From IMG/VR virus record IMGVR_UViG_3300017971_000124, positions 1 through 42,737 of that record: a stretch of 42,737 nucleotides of DNA. One strand, 5' to 3'. The number at the start of each line of letters is the position of its first letter. The stretch's first letter is position 1. Positions 16,344 through 23,103 of this stretch are shown here, piece after piece. The notes beneath the pieces were generated by a model, which made no database searches, was not told where the DNA came from, and saw nothing but the letters and a program-made list of their open reading frames with translations. The stretch comes from a virus. Made by a program: the position numbers and the translations under genes.

Positions 16344-17400
16344 CAGAACGACCGCTAACGGGTTCAGCAGTACCCTGCGGAGCAACGGGTACCTGCGTGA
16401 ACTCCTGCCGCCTTAGCCAGGGCATATGTAGAGAGGAGATGTGTATCGGTTTATCAGGATGTATCAGGAACGATTCAGATTGTCTCAGAGAACATTCGGA
16501 GGTTTTCGGGAAATCTGTTTGCACAGTCCCCTTAAGGATGGGGACGGCAGGGTTATGATCGTGGGGTTGGGTTCACCAGAGGGCTCCCTGAGAGACACAC
16601 ATATACGGGGCCCCCCCTATCGTTCCTTGGGTACGGTCAAAGAGAGGGGGCCTAGCCCCTTGGCTTACTGTCGGGTCTGGGCGCACTGGTCGTAAGAGTT
16701 AAGGCAGGGCACTGCGGCTGGGACCCTGCACCCAGCCACAGCACCAGTCTCCTTGTCCCTTCCCCACCCACCATGCAGCCTCCGAGCAGGCTGCCCCCAG
16801 AGGCGGAGCGCCTGCCGGCGAAGACCAGAGCCAAGAGGTGTTGCCTCGTCTGTGCACAGGCGGGGGCGGCGCTGATGTGGGAGGTCTCGTGTGCCCAGGA
16901 GGGCGCAGCCTCCCGAATCCGGCTGCTCTAGCGGCGCCTTCCGGCGAGCATGTCTCGTGGCCTGCGTAACCTGCCCAAAGCGGCAGGGCAGGCCCCGAGC
17001 GTCTTGTTGAAGAGTTGAACCCATTTGAGCGCCATCGGCCTGTCAAAGCCCAGGCCGACTACCAGATGCACCTAGCACAGTCCAGGCAAGCTCCCACTCC
17101 GAAGACTCCGTTCCCGCACTCCTCGGCACGCAGCCGAAGCGGCTGACCTTTACAGCGCCTCGTTACTCACCAACGGGGACCGTTAGCCTTCGTCGACCTG
17201 GCCTGCCTGCCTGCAGTCAAGGGACGGGCTGACTACTTCGACAATGCGCAAAGCCTGCACGCCTCAGAGCCGGCGTGCCATTGCCGAACCAGTCACCCAC
17301 TTGAACCCTTGACAGCACCGGCTTAGTCCTTCGTCCTGCGCCTGGCACGGTGATCTGGTGCCTAGGTGGCGCAAATGGGTTCAGGAAGAGCAAGAACCCG
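16344..17400. ncRNA. Candidate large structured RNA, or an origin/regulatory hub. Class unknown and strand unresolved.
   Basis: There is no credible ORF in any frame. Perfect local helices are dense: 16526-16545, 16645-16660, 16712-16741, 16775-16794, 16970-16987, 17131-17145, 17257-17278, the nested pair 17337-17373, and 17377-17399. Confidence 0.3.
16452..16469 (+). repeat. TATCAGGA direct repeat with a 10-bp period, inside an AT-rich island
   Basis: TATCAGGA occurs at 16452-16459 and 16462-16469. A degenerate copy, TATCGG, lies at 16444-16449. Confidence 0.8.
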
Positions 17401-17401
17401 C

Positions 17402-17429
17402 TAGACCGAAAGGACACGTTATGTATATT
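17402..17429 (+). promoter_or_regulatory. Candidate promoter for the rightward arm
   Basis: TAGACC (17402-17407), a 16-nt spacer, then TATATT (17424-17429), in the only AT-rich patch upstream of ATG 17592. This would give a ~155-nt leader. Confidence 0.3.
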
Positions 17430-17591
17430 CGCCCACACACCCTGCAGGGCCTGGCAGCCAGCCACCTCAAGCGTTGGGGCTGGGAGCGAGTCGACCACAA
17501 CGAGGGGCGCCGGCACGGCCAGGGCTTCTTGAGCTTGGGTCTCTTCTTCCTCAACGTGATCTGGTAGGAACCGATAGAAAGCGAGACAGAC

Positions 17592-17828
17592 ATGGATCAG
17601 TACGAAGCAGCATACGGGGATCTCAAGCCGATCAGGGGCAAGGAGGTCGAAACGTGCGGTGAGCCTTGCAAGCAGTGCGAGCTCATCGATCTGTACCGGA
17701 ACGAGAAGCCGACCGACCGCAGGGACATCAATGAGGCCCGGGCAGCACAGGGCCTGGCTCCGTTGAACGAGGCGATTCACGAGAGCATCGTTGCCGGGAT
17801 CAATCGGTATCGGAAGGAGAAGCCATGA
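17592..17828 (+). CDS. Early hypothetical protein, 78 aa, with a CxxC pair
   Basis: The first plus-strand ORF. Its stop overlaps the next ATG (ATGA). Confidence 0.6.
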   Translation: MDQYEAAYGDLKPIRGKEVETCGEPCKQCELIDLYRNEKPTDRRDINEARAAQGLAPLNEAIHESIVAGINRYRKEKP

Positions 17829-18043
17829 CCGACATCAGCAAGGTCCTCCAGGACCACTACGACACGGCAAACGAGATGGTGGAGATGATGATAGAGGACG
17901 GGCTGAAGGAGAACCCGACCTACCCACCGCACTTCAGGAAAGGCTGGAGTGCACGCAGGCACGAGGTGTGGGAGATTGCTCGGGATCTCGGCATTCGGAT
18001 CGAGGCAAAGCACCTGACTTACGAAGTCGAGGAGGTAACATGA
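17825..18043 (+). CDS. Early hypothetical protein, 72 aa
   Basis: An ORF coupled to neighbours on both sides. Confidence 0.6.
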   Translation: MTDISKVLQDHYDTANEMVEMMIEDGLKENPTYPPHFRKGWSARRHEVWEIARDLGIRIEAKHLTYEVEEVT

Positions 18044-18249
18044 ACGAGATCGACGAGCGTCACTTCTTCCCCGTCATGACCAAGAGCACGACGGTGTACG
18101 AGGTGATCTACGGGCCCGAGGATCACGACAGCTTGGTCTTCGGAGACTGGGACGAGGCATACGAGGGAGCCAAGACGATCGCCAAGAACCTCCCCAAGCT
18201 GCAAGTCACCATCCAGGTGACCGAGGACAAAGAGTACACAGTCGGTTGA
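18040..18249 (+). CDS. Early hypothetical protein, 69 aa
   Basis: The ATG at 18040 is preceded by GGAGG. It is the C-terminal part of track ORF 17791..18249. Confidence 0.6.
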   Translation: MNEIDERHFFPVMTKSTTVYEVIYGPEDHDSLVFGDWDEAYEGAKTIAKNLPKLQVTIQVTEDKEYTVG

Positions 18250-18306
18250 GGCCCTCAGCCGATGGTAGCGAGGCAGACATACAGAAGTAGCTAGCGAAAG
18301 GAGAGC

Positions 18307-18367
18307 CGGGCCTAAAGGCCCGACAAGAGAGGACTTTCGGCCCTACTGGGGCCCCGACAAGAGAGGA
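18307..18367 (+). repeat. Two copies of a unit made of a GC hairpin plus the 15-mer CCCGACAAGAGAGGA
   Basis: The 15-mer is exact at 18319-18333 and 18353-18367. The hairpins are CGGGCC-TAAA-GGCCCG (18307-18322) and GGCCC-tactg-GGGCC (18339-18353). Confidence 0.9.
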
Positions 18368-18377
18368 TAATGGACAC

Positions 18378-18539
18378 ATGTTGGAAGCAGCACGAACCGC
18401 AGCCTGGGCGGAGGAGGAGATGAGTCTCCCCGGCCGCTGGGTGGCAGCGTACGCCGCCGCCTACCGGTACGCCCGCACCACTTGGTGGGGCCCGATCGCA
18501 ATCCCGCACATGATCGATCTAGAAAGGATCACGTTCTGA
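18378..18539 (+). CDS. Small hypothetical protein, 53 aa
   Basis: The ATG lies 10 nt after the GAGAGGA of the second 15-mer. The stop overlaps the next ATG (TGATG). Hand translation begins MLEAARTAAWAEEEMSLPGRW.... Confidence 0.4.
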   Translation: MLEAARTAAWAEEEMSLPGRWVAAYAAAYRYARTTWWGPIAIPHMIDLERITF

Positions 18540-18766
18540 TGGAGAACCACGCAATCTTGGAGAGCATCCGCCGCCGCCGGGTGGAATATCTGACGGAGAC
18601 CGTTGACCGACTTGAACGAGAGATCAGGTCGAAGAAGAAGGCGAAGCGAGTCGACGAGTTTGACATCGGCTGGAACCTCGGCCTGGAGATGGCACTCAAG
18701 ACCATCCGCAAGAACAACACAGTGATCTCGGCCCGGGAGGCAAGGGAGGAGATGAACGCATGCTGA
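18539..18766 (+). CDS. Hypothetical protein, 75 aa
   Basis: The ATG at 18539 is in the frame of track ORF 18482..18766, with AAAGGA 10 nt upstream. Confidence 0.55.
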   Translation: MENHAILESIRRRRVEYLTETVDRLEREIRSKKKAKRVDEFDIGWNLGLEMALKTIRKNNTVISAREAREEMNAC

Positions 18767-18963
18767 CGACAAAGGACTTTGAGCGGCTCGCAACCATGAT
18801 TGGCCATGCACGAGCACACAGGCAGGTCGGACTAGATCCGATGGACAGCCTGGAGGACTCGTTGATGGAATGGTGTTTCGAAAACCCAAGATTCGACCTC
18901 GACAAGATGATCGCACGCATCAGCCAACGCCAAGCCGAGTCTGTCGGCATGATGGCCGAGTAA
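18760..18963 (+). CDS. Hypothetical protein, 67 aa
   Basis: An ORF with the RBS GGGAGGAG. Confidence 0.6.
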   Translation: MLTTKDFERLATMIGHARAHRQVGLDPMDSLEDSLMEWCFENPRFDLDKMIARISQRQAESVGMMAE

Positions 18964-18981
18964 ACGAAAGGAAAGCACAAG

Positions 18982-19458
18982 ATGCTGAGTCAGTACCAAG
19001 CAAGCACGATCGCCGTCGTCGGAGATGGCGAGATCCTCCACCTCAACTGCCTACCGAGCGAGGTGAAGAACAGGGTGGCGGCCGAGCAGATGCGCCGGGA
19101 GGAGTCATACGGAGACGCCGGCTACTTCCGCCCAAGCTGGACCGACATTTTTCACGAGCTCTACGAGGGCGAGTACAGCCTGATGAGCCGCTACGAGATC
19201 CACCAGTGGCAGGATCACGACAGTTCAGAGAGAGCCGCCGAGCTAGCACACTGGGGAGGAGACTTCTACCGCCGGCTGAGCGACGCCGGGCTGCAGGAGG
19301 ATTGGGAAGAGATGCTCGCAGACGCAATGCTGTATCGGGGCCATTCCTGGGGCCAGAGCGACCTCGCCACTCTCCGGGAAAGGTTCATTGACAACCACCT
19401 CGACGAGATGGCACCGGGAATGGTGCTGTGCGGCGGATGCGAAGGGGAGATCGAGTGA
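18982..19458 (+). CDS. Hypothetical protein, 158 aa, with a C-terminal CGGC
   Basis: An ORF with GC3-biased codons. Confidence 0.7.
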   Translation: MLSQYQASTIAVVGDGEILHLNCLPSEVKNRVAAEQMRREESYGDAGYFRPSWTDIFHELYEGEYSLMSRYEIHQWQDHDSSERAAELAHWGGDFYRRLSDAGLQEDWEEMLADAMLYRGHSWGQSDLATLRERFIDNHLDEMAPGMVLCGGCEGEIE

Positions 19459-19598
19459 AGAACCCAGATCCCGAAAACCTCAAGGATTGGATGGCCGGCG
19501 CCGACGCCCACTGCCCGTACTGTGGCGATTGGGTGTTGGAGGGTGACGATTGCGAGGACCAGCACTGGTTCAAGCACAACAGGGAGCACAGCGGATGA
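19455..19598 (+). CDS. Zinc-finger-like mini-protein, 47 aa
   Basis: The GTG start (GTGA overlap) follows AAGGGGAG. The peptide is KNPDPENLKDWMAGADAHCPYCGDWVLEGDDCEDQHW. Confidence 0.45.
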   Translation: MKNPDPENLKDWMAGADAHCPYCGDWVLEGDDCEDQHWFKHNREHSG

Positions 19599-19759
19599 AG
19601 CGCAGAGCACGCAAGGGAACACCAGAGCAGATCAGGGAACGTAGCCTTCGCCGGCTGCGGTTCCAGGTCATCGAGGCAAAAGCAACCGGAGCCACCACTC
19701 GTGAGATCCACGAAGTGACCACGAGAGCGATCGAGGACTGGAGGTTTCTCAATGGGTAA
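19595..19759 (+). CDS. Small basic HTH-like protein, 54 aa
   Basis: ATGA overlap with the upstream gene and an AGGGAG RBS. The sequence includes ...IEAKATGATTREIHEVTTRAIEDW. Confidence 0.5.
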   Translation: MKRRARKGTPEQIRERSLRRLRFQVIEAKATGATTREIHEVTTRAIEDWRFLNG

Positions 19760-20381
19760 GACGGCCAAGTACACGGACGAGCAGCTAGCTGATCTGGAAC
19801 TTCGGGTTGCACAGCGCACAGCGCAGGCAATCGAGGACGCATCGCACGAGACCACCCAAGCCGGCAAGGGGTGGTACTACGTGGCCAGGGAATGGGCCAA
19901 GATCGTAGGCGAGGCCGCCGGCTACACAGGCACGGAGGCAGTCGACCGAGGTGCAATGGCCATCGGGGTGCTGAGTCCCCGAGTCCGCTGGGCCCAAAAC
20001 GTGAACGACGCAATCGCAATTGCCTCAGACAACTTCGACTGGACACCAAGCGCATTCGGGACGAACGTCCGCAAAGCGGTTGTCGTCCTGGCACCGGACG
20101 TGTCGCTGGAGGAGTGCGAGGAGGAGATCGGTGGTAAGAAGGTCACAGCCTTCGTCGACAACATCCGCCGGCCGGCTCACAGCCAGGCAGTGGTCGTGGA
20201 CACGCACATGTGCAAGCTCTTCGGCATACCCGGGAGGGACATCGAACTGAAAGGAGTGTACGAAGCCGTCGTCAGAGGAGTGCAGTACTGCGCAAGCGTG
20301 TACAAGCTCCGCCCATCGCAAGCACAAGCAATCGCCTGGATCGAGACCAGGGGACCAGACAAGGAGGACATCATCGGATGA
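19752..20381 (+). CDS. Hypothetical protein, 209 aa
   Basis: An ORF with a GGAGG RBS and no motif confidently recognised. Confidence 0.75.
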   Translation: MGKTAKYTDEQLADLELRVAQRTAQAIEDASHETTQAGKGWYYVAREWAKIVGEAAGYTGTEAVDRGAMAIGVLSPRVRWAQNVNDAIAIASDNFDWTPSAFGTNVRKAVVVLAPDVSLEECEEEIGGKKVTAFVDNIRRPAHSQAVVVDTHMCKLFGIPGRDIELKGVYEAVVRGVQYCASVYKLRPSQAQAIAWIETRGPDKEDIIG

Positions 20382-20731
20382 TCGCAGAAACACATGAACG
20401 AGTAGTAATCAATGTCAGTCGAGAGGACTTTGAGCCCGACCTCGTGGAGCTTGCCAAAGCCGTCAACGAGGCAATCTCAAAGCACGAGCTCGGTGCAACC
20501 TTCAGCCGGACGCTTGGCATCTGGCAAGGCAAAGTGGAGCAGGGAATCGAGATCAAGTTGACCTACCCGCTCATCGACGTTTGGGCCCAACGTGGAGCAG
20601 ACGCAGAGAAGGACATCCTGTTCACGCTGCGGCTGCTGCTCCCAACGCAGCGGTACTTTCAGGTCGAGCGAGAGCACGTGTTCTTGGGTGAATGGGACAC
20701 CCGGATTCGGAGGTTCAGTGAACAAGGATGA
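20378..20731 (+). CDS. Hypothetical protein, 117 aa
   Basis: The ATG overlaps the upstream TGA. The RBS is AAGGAGGA. Confidence 0.7.
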   Translation: MIAETHERVVINVSREDFEPDLVELAKAVNEAISKHELGATFSRTLGIWQGKVEQGIEIKLTYPLIDVWAQRGADAEKDILFTLRLLLPTQRYFQVEREHVFLGEWDTRIRRFSEQG

Positions 20732-20810
20732 CAAAGCCGCACTCATTACCAGTATCACGGCGTACGTAGTCGGGGTTTTGATCCTCGTCTTCGGTTCCGC
20801 CGGCTACTAG
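20718..20810 (+). CDS. Possible 30-aa single-pass membrane peptide
   Basis: The GTG follows GGAGG. The peptide is VNKDDKAALITSITAYVVGVLILVFGSAGY. It is the last ORF before the terminator. Confidence 0.3.
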   Translation: MNKDDKAALITSITAYVVGVLILVFGSAGY

Positions 20811-20821
20811 CCACAACCCAC

Positions 20822-20866
20822 GGCGCCAGCCCTGGTCCACACCGGATCGGGGTTGGCGCCTTTTTT
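20822..20866 (+). terminator. Rho-independent terminator ending the first plus-strand block
   Basis: An 11-12 bp GC stem (GGCGCCAGCCC / GGGGTTGGCGCC) has one G:U pair that is allowed only on the plus strand. TTTTTT follows at 20861-20866. Confidence 0.85.
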
Positions 20867-20880
20867 CGTGCAACTGGACC

Positions 20881-21048
20881 CTCGGAGTCCTCCGAGCCAA
20901 AGTCTTGTCTCGGAGGCAGTCTTTTCTTCCGCCGCCGGATCGGGCCGAAGCGGCCCTGGCGGCGGACGGGGGGGACCGGAGGGGGGAGAGATGGCGTACC
21001 TCCCCATCAGCTCGTCGATGGCGGTGCGTTGTCGATGGCGTACCTCCC
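20881..21048. promoter_or_regulatory. Block of repeats and hairpins, a candidate replication origin or primase loading site
   Basis: It contains the palindrome CTCGGAG-TC-CTCCGAG (20881-20896) plus a third CTCGGAG at 20909. A nested perfect hairpin spans 20929-20965 (8 bp outer, 6 bp inner). G7 and G6 runs follow. GATGGCGTACCTCCC occurs twice (20990-21004 and 21034-21048), and GTCGATGGCG twice (21014 and 21031). Confidence 0.4.
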
Positions 21049-21072
21049 ACAACGCAACCCACTGCGCACAGC

Positions 21073-21096
21073 AAAAAACCCCCGTAAACACAGGGG
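21073..21096 (-). terminator. Rho-independent terminator of the primase gene
   Basis: On the minus strand: CCCCTG-tgttta-CGGGGG followed by TTTTTT. The wobble pair is valid only on the minus strand. It lies 28 nt after the primase stop. Confidence 0.8.
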
Positions 21097-21123
21097 TTTC
21101 TGCTACAACGCAAAGGCGGGGGG

Positions 21124-21993
21124 TTACAACGCAGCCACCGCTTTCTGGATCTCACTCCACAACACATGTGGTGCATGGCGGTCCGTCCGCCACTTGCAGT
21201 ACGGCTGAACCCACAACAGATGGAAGACCTCTTCCGGCTCCAGACCCTCCTTGATGAGCTGATGACACGCCTTGTAGATGAAGAGGGACCGGTCGCTTAC
21301 TCTCTTCCTCGTGATGATGGACTTGGATCTCGGATTGAGGTGGGCCCAGTGCTTACGGCGCAGGGCGTGAAGCATGGCCGGCACCTGTGACTCGTGGATC
21401 ACGATGGGGTGGTCCGTGTCCTCGATGGTCTCGATGAGATCGAGCGCCGGCAGTTCCTCAGCCAGCATCCCCCTGGCATACTCTGGCCCGTCGTCCCAGA
21501 GCAGCACCCCGGCCGGCACCAGATTGTCCCGGCGCCGCTTCCAGTTCAGCGAACCAGGCCACCGCAGCGCCTTCGAGCCCATCCAGCCACCGGGGTCGGC
21601 CTTGGTGTACCGGGTCATGCGCCGGTTGAGGTTGGACCACTCATTGTAGTTCTCGATCTCCTCATCTAGAAACCACACCGCCTGATACATCCCCGGGCTT
21701 GTCTCCCAGGCGATGGTCGGCTTATGGGGTACCTCCCACGGCTTCACAGGGTCGAGGTCGGCGAAGAGGAGGGCAGCGCCGCCGAAGTTGTCATTGGCTC
21801 GCCACATCTTCGAGGACCGCAGCGCCGAGAAGAACAGGTCGTAGCCAGATGGCTGATGATCGAGAGGCAAGCCAGCCTGGTCAGAGGTCACCGGCCAGTC
21901 AGTCCACTTCCCATCAAACTTGGTAGAGACGAAGGCAAACTCGCCCCGGCTCTGGTTCCAGATCCTCTCCACGAGCTCTTCGTTGGGCAACAT
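21124..21993 (-). CDS. RepB'-like / archaeo-eukaryotic-type DNA primase, 289 aa
   Basis: LLFADLDPV, TIAWETSPGMYQAVWFL and ALRWPGSLNWK fit the remembered RepB-primase pattern (DxD, ETSPGxYQxW, RxxGxxNxK). The ATG at 21993 has an AAGGAG RBS. The longer track ORF would overlap the divergent gene. Confidence 0.6.
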   Translation of the reverse strand: MLPNEELVERIWNQSRGEFAFVSTKFDGKWTDWPVTSDQAGLPLDHQPSGYDLFFSALRSSKMWRANDNFGGAALLFADLDPVKPWEVPHKPTIAWETSPGMYQAVWFLDEEIENYNEWSNLNRRMTRYTKADPGGWMGSKALRWPGSLNWKRRRDNLVPAGVLLWDDGPEYARGMLAEELPALDLIETIEDTDHPIVIHESQVPAMLHALRRKHWAHLNPRSKSIITRKRVSDRSLFIYKACHQLIKEGLEPEEVFHLLWVQPYCKWRTDRHAPHVLWSEIQKAVAAL

Positions 21994-22056
21994 TCGGGAA
22001 TACTCCTTGCGTCGAATGTGTTGTACATCATAGTCAACGCACAGGAGACCAGTTTT

Positions 22057-22482
22057 ATGCCCGAGTTTGACATCAACCCAGAGGATGTTGATCCCCGAGA
22101 GCAGCTCAGAGACGAGCAGACGCAGAGGGAGCAGGAACACCTATACGAGATGATCGAGAAGATCACCCTGGTCATGAACGAGTACTACCCCACGGGCATA
22201 CGCCCCAGTGAGCTCAGCCCCCTCATCGTCCACCTGCTCATGCACATGCGGCGCTTCATCCGCCTCGAAGAGCTCCACATGGGCCTGCACGAGCTCCTGG
22301 GTGTCGCCGAGACGTGGCTCCAGTCTGACGCTCAGTGGCGCAGCGTAGAGACCAACGAGACCACCCCGCCGCCCATCACCATCGAGAAGGTCGAGGACAA
22401 CCCAGAGGGTATGGCCATGATGGAGGAGCTGCAGGCCGGCGTGACCGACGAGGCTCTCAAAGAGCTCCTCGGAGGTGAGTAG
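22057..22482 (+). CDS. Acidic hypothetical protein, 141 aa
   Basis: The ATG at 22057 follows AGGAG, within track ORF 21724..22482. Confidence 0.65.
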   Translation: MPEFDINPEDVDPREQLRDEQTQREQEHLYEMIEKITLVMNEYYPTGIRPSELSPLIVHLLMHMRRFIRLEELHMGLHELLGVAETWLQSDAQWRSVETNETTPPPITIEKVEDNPEGMAMMEELQAGVTDEALKELLGGE

Positions 22483-22756
22483 TGTCCCACGGCCGAGACT
22501 TCTCCAGCTTGGAGCTTGTTGGGATAGCGCTGATGAATGCTTTGTCGTCGAAGAAGCCGATGACGACTACGATCGTCTATCCGAGCGAGCAAAGCGCTAC
22601 TGTCGCCTTTGCCCGCCTAAAGTGCGTGCTGTCTGTCTGGACCACGGACTCAGACACGAGCCTATCGGTGTCTGGGGAGGTCTTGACAGTAAGGAACGCC
22701 GCAGCATCCGACGTCGAGCTAGAGAACGTCGCAGAGAGACCGGAGGACTGACATGA
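22475..22756 (+). CDS. whiB: WhiB-family (Wbl) iron-sulfur transcription factor, 93 aa
   Basis: It has four Cys residues including CRLCPPKVRAVC, the GVWGG turn, and a basic C-terminal tail RRSIRRRARERRRE. Confidence 0.8.
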   Translation: MSSVPRPRLLQLGACWDSADECFVVEEADDDYDRLSERAKRYCRLCPPKVRAVCLDHGLRHEPIGVWGGLDSKERRSIRRRARERRRETGGLT

Positions 22757-23103
22757 CCCAGCCGATACGAACCCCCTACCACGTCGCCACTGACTACGGA
22801 GACAAGCCCCTCATCGAGTGGACCCTCCGGGAAGCCCTGGAGTACTACAAGAAGGGCATCAAGCTCGTTCAGGACATGCCGCCGGCGCCGCTGGAGGCCC
22901 GTCTCATGGACGAGTCATGGGTAGGCATATGCGCCGTCCTCGCAGAGCGTGAGGGCATCATCGTGGGACCGCTGTCCTACTTTCTCGGGGAGCTAGCCCT
23001 GACCGAGATGCGGCTGCAGGACGTGGCCGAGGAGGAGCTGGAGCACGCCAAGGCGTACCCGAGGACCGGCGACGATCCCGAGAGCTACCAGCGTGGCCTC
23101 TAG
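22753..23103 (+). CDS. Hypothetical protein, 116 aa
   Basis: An ORF with an ATGA overlap onto whiB. Confidence 0.7.
   Translation: MTQPIRTPYHVATDYGDKPLIEWTLREALEYYKKGIKLVQDMPPAPLEARLMDESWVGICAVLAEREGIIVGPLSYFLGELALTEMRLQDVAEEELEHAKAYPRTGDDPESYQRGL

Noticed and set aside
16645-16660. A possible minus-strand terminator (hairpin plus CTCTCTTTG) that would delimit a ~780-nt RNA starting from ~17420
   Set aside because: The stem is only 5 bp, and the tail resembles the late-operon terminator tail only loosely. It is kept as part of the hub description, not as a called terminator.
16441-16695. An 84-aa plus-strand ORF in the hub, preceded by GAGAGGAG, and a 39-aa Cys-rich alternative from ATG 16439
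   Set aside because: The RBS-to-start spacing is 0-2 nt. Third-codon positions are not GC-biased, unlike every confident gene here, and the C-terminal half is Gly/Pro/Arg junk.
16905-16926. A tRNA T-arm-like hairpin, GCAGCC-TCCCGAATCC-GGCTGC
   Set aside because: The loop is 10 nt rather than 7, and no acceptor, D or anticodon arms can be built around it. No tRNA or tmRNA signature was seen anywhere in the window.
16652-17780. Minus-strand ORFs in the hub (16665..17024, 16699..17046, 17217..17780)
   Set aside because: Their composition is Arg/Pro/Trp/Gly-rich, they have no RBS, they overlap one another, and the last one overlaps confident plus-strand genes.
18319-18367. The repeated 15-mers as a CRISPR array or attachment-site repeats
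   Set aside because: There are only two copies with a 19-nt structured spacer, and no cas or integrase genes.
20966-20988. G7...G6 runs as a G-quadruplex
   Set aside because: There are only two long G-runs plus a GG. Four independent tracts with loops cannot be formed convincingly.
20853-21254. A 133-aa plus-strand ORF across the inter-terminator block
   Set aside because: It is low-complexity Gly/Pro/Ser/Thr junk that crosses two terminators and runs into the primase gene antisense.
21994-22140. The N-terminal 49-aa extension of the primase track ORF (start at 22140)
   Set aside because: It would overlap the divergent gene that starts at 22057. The internal ATG 21993 has a good AAGGAG RBS.
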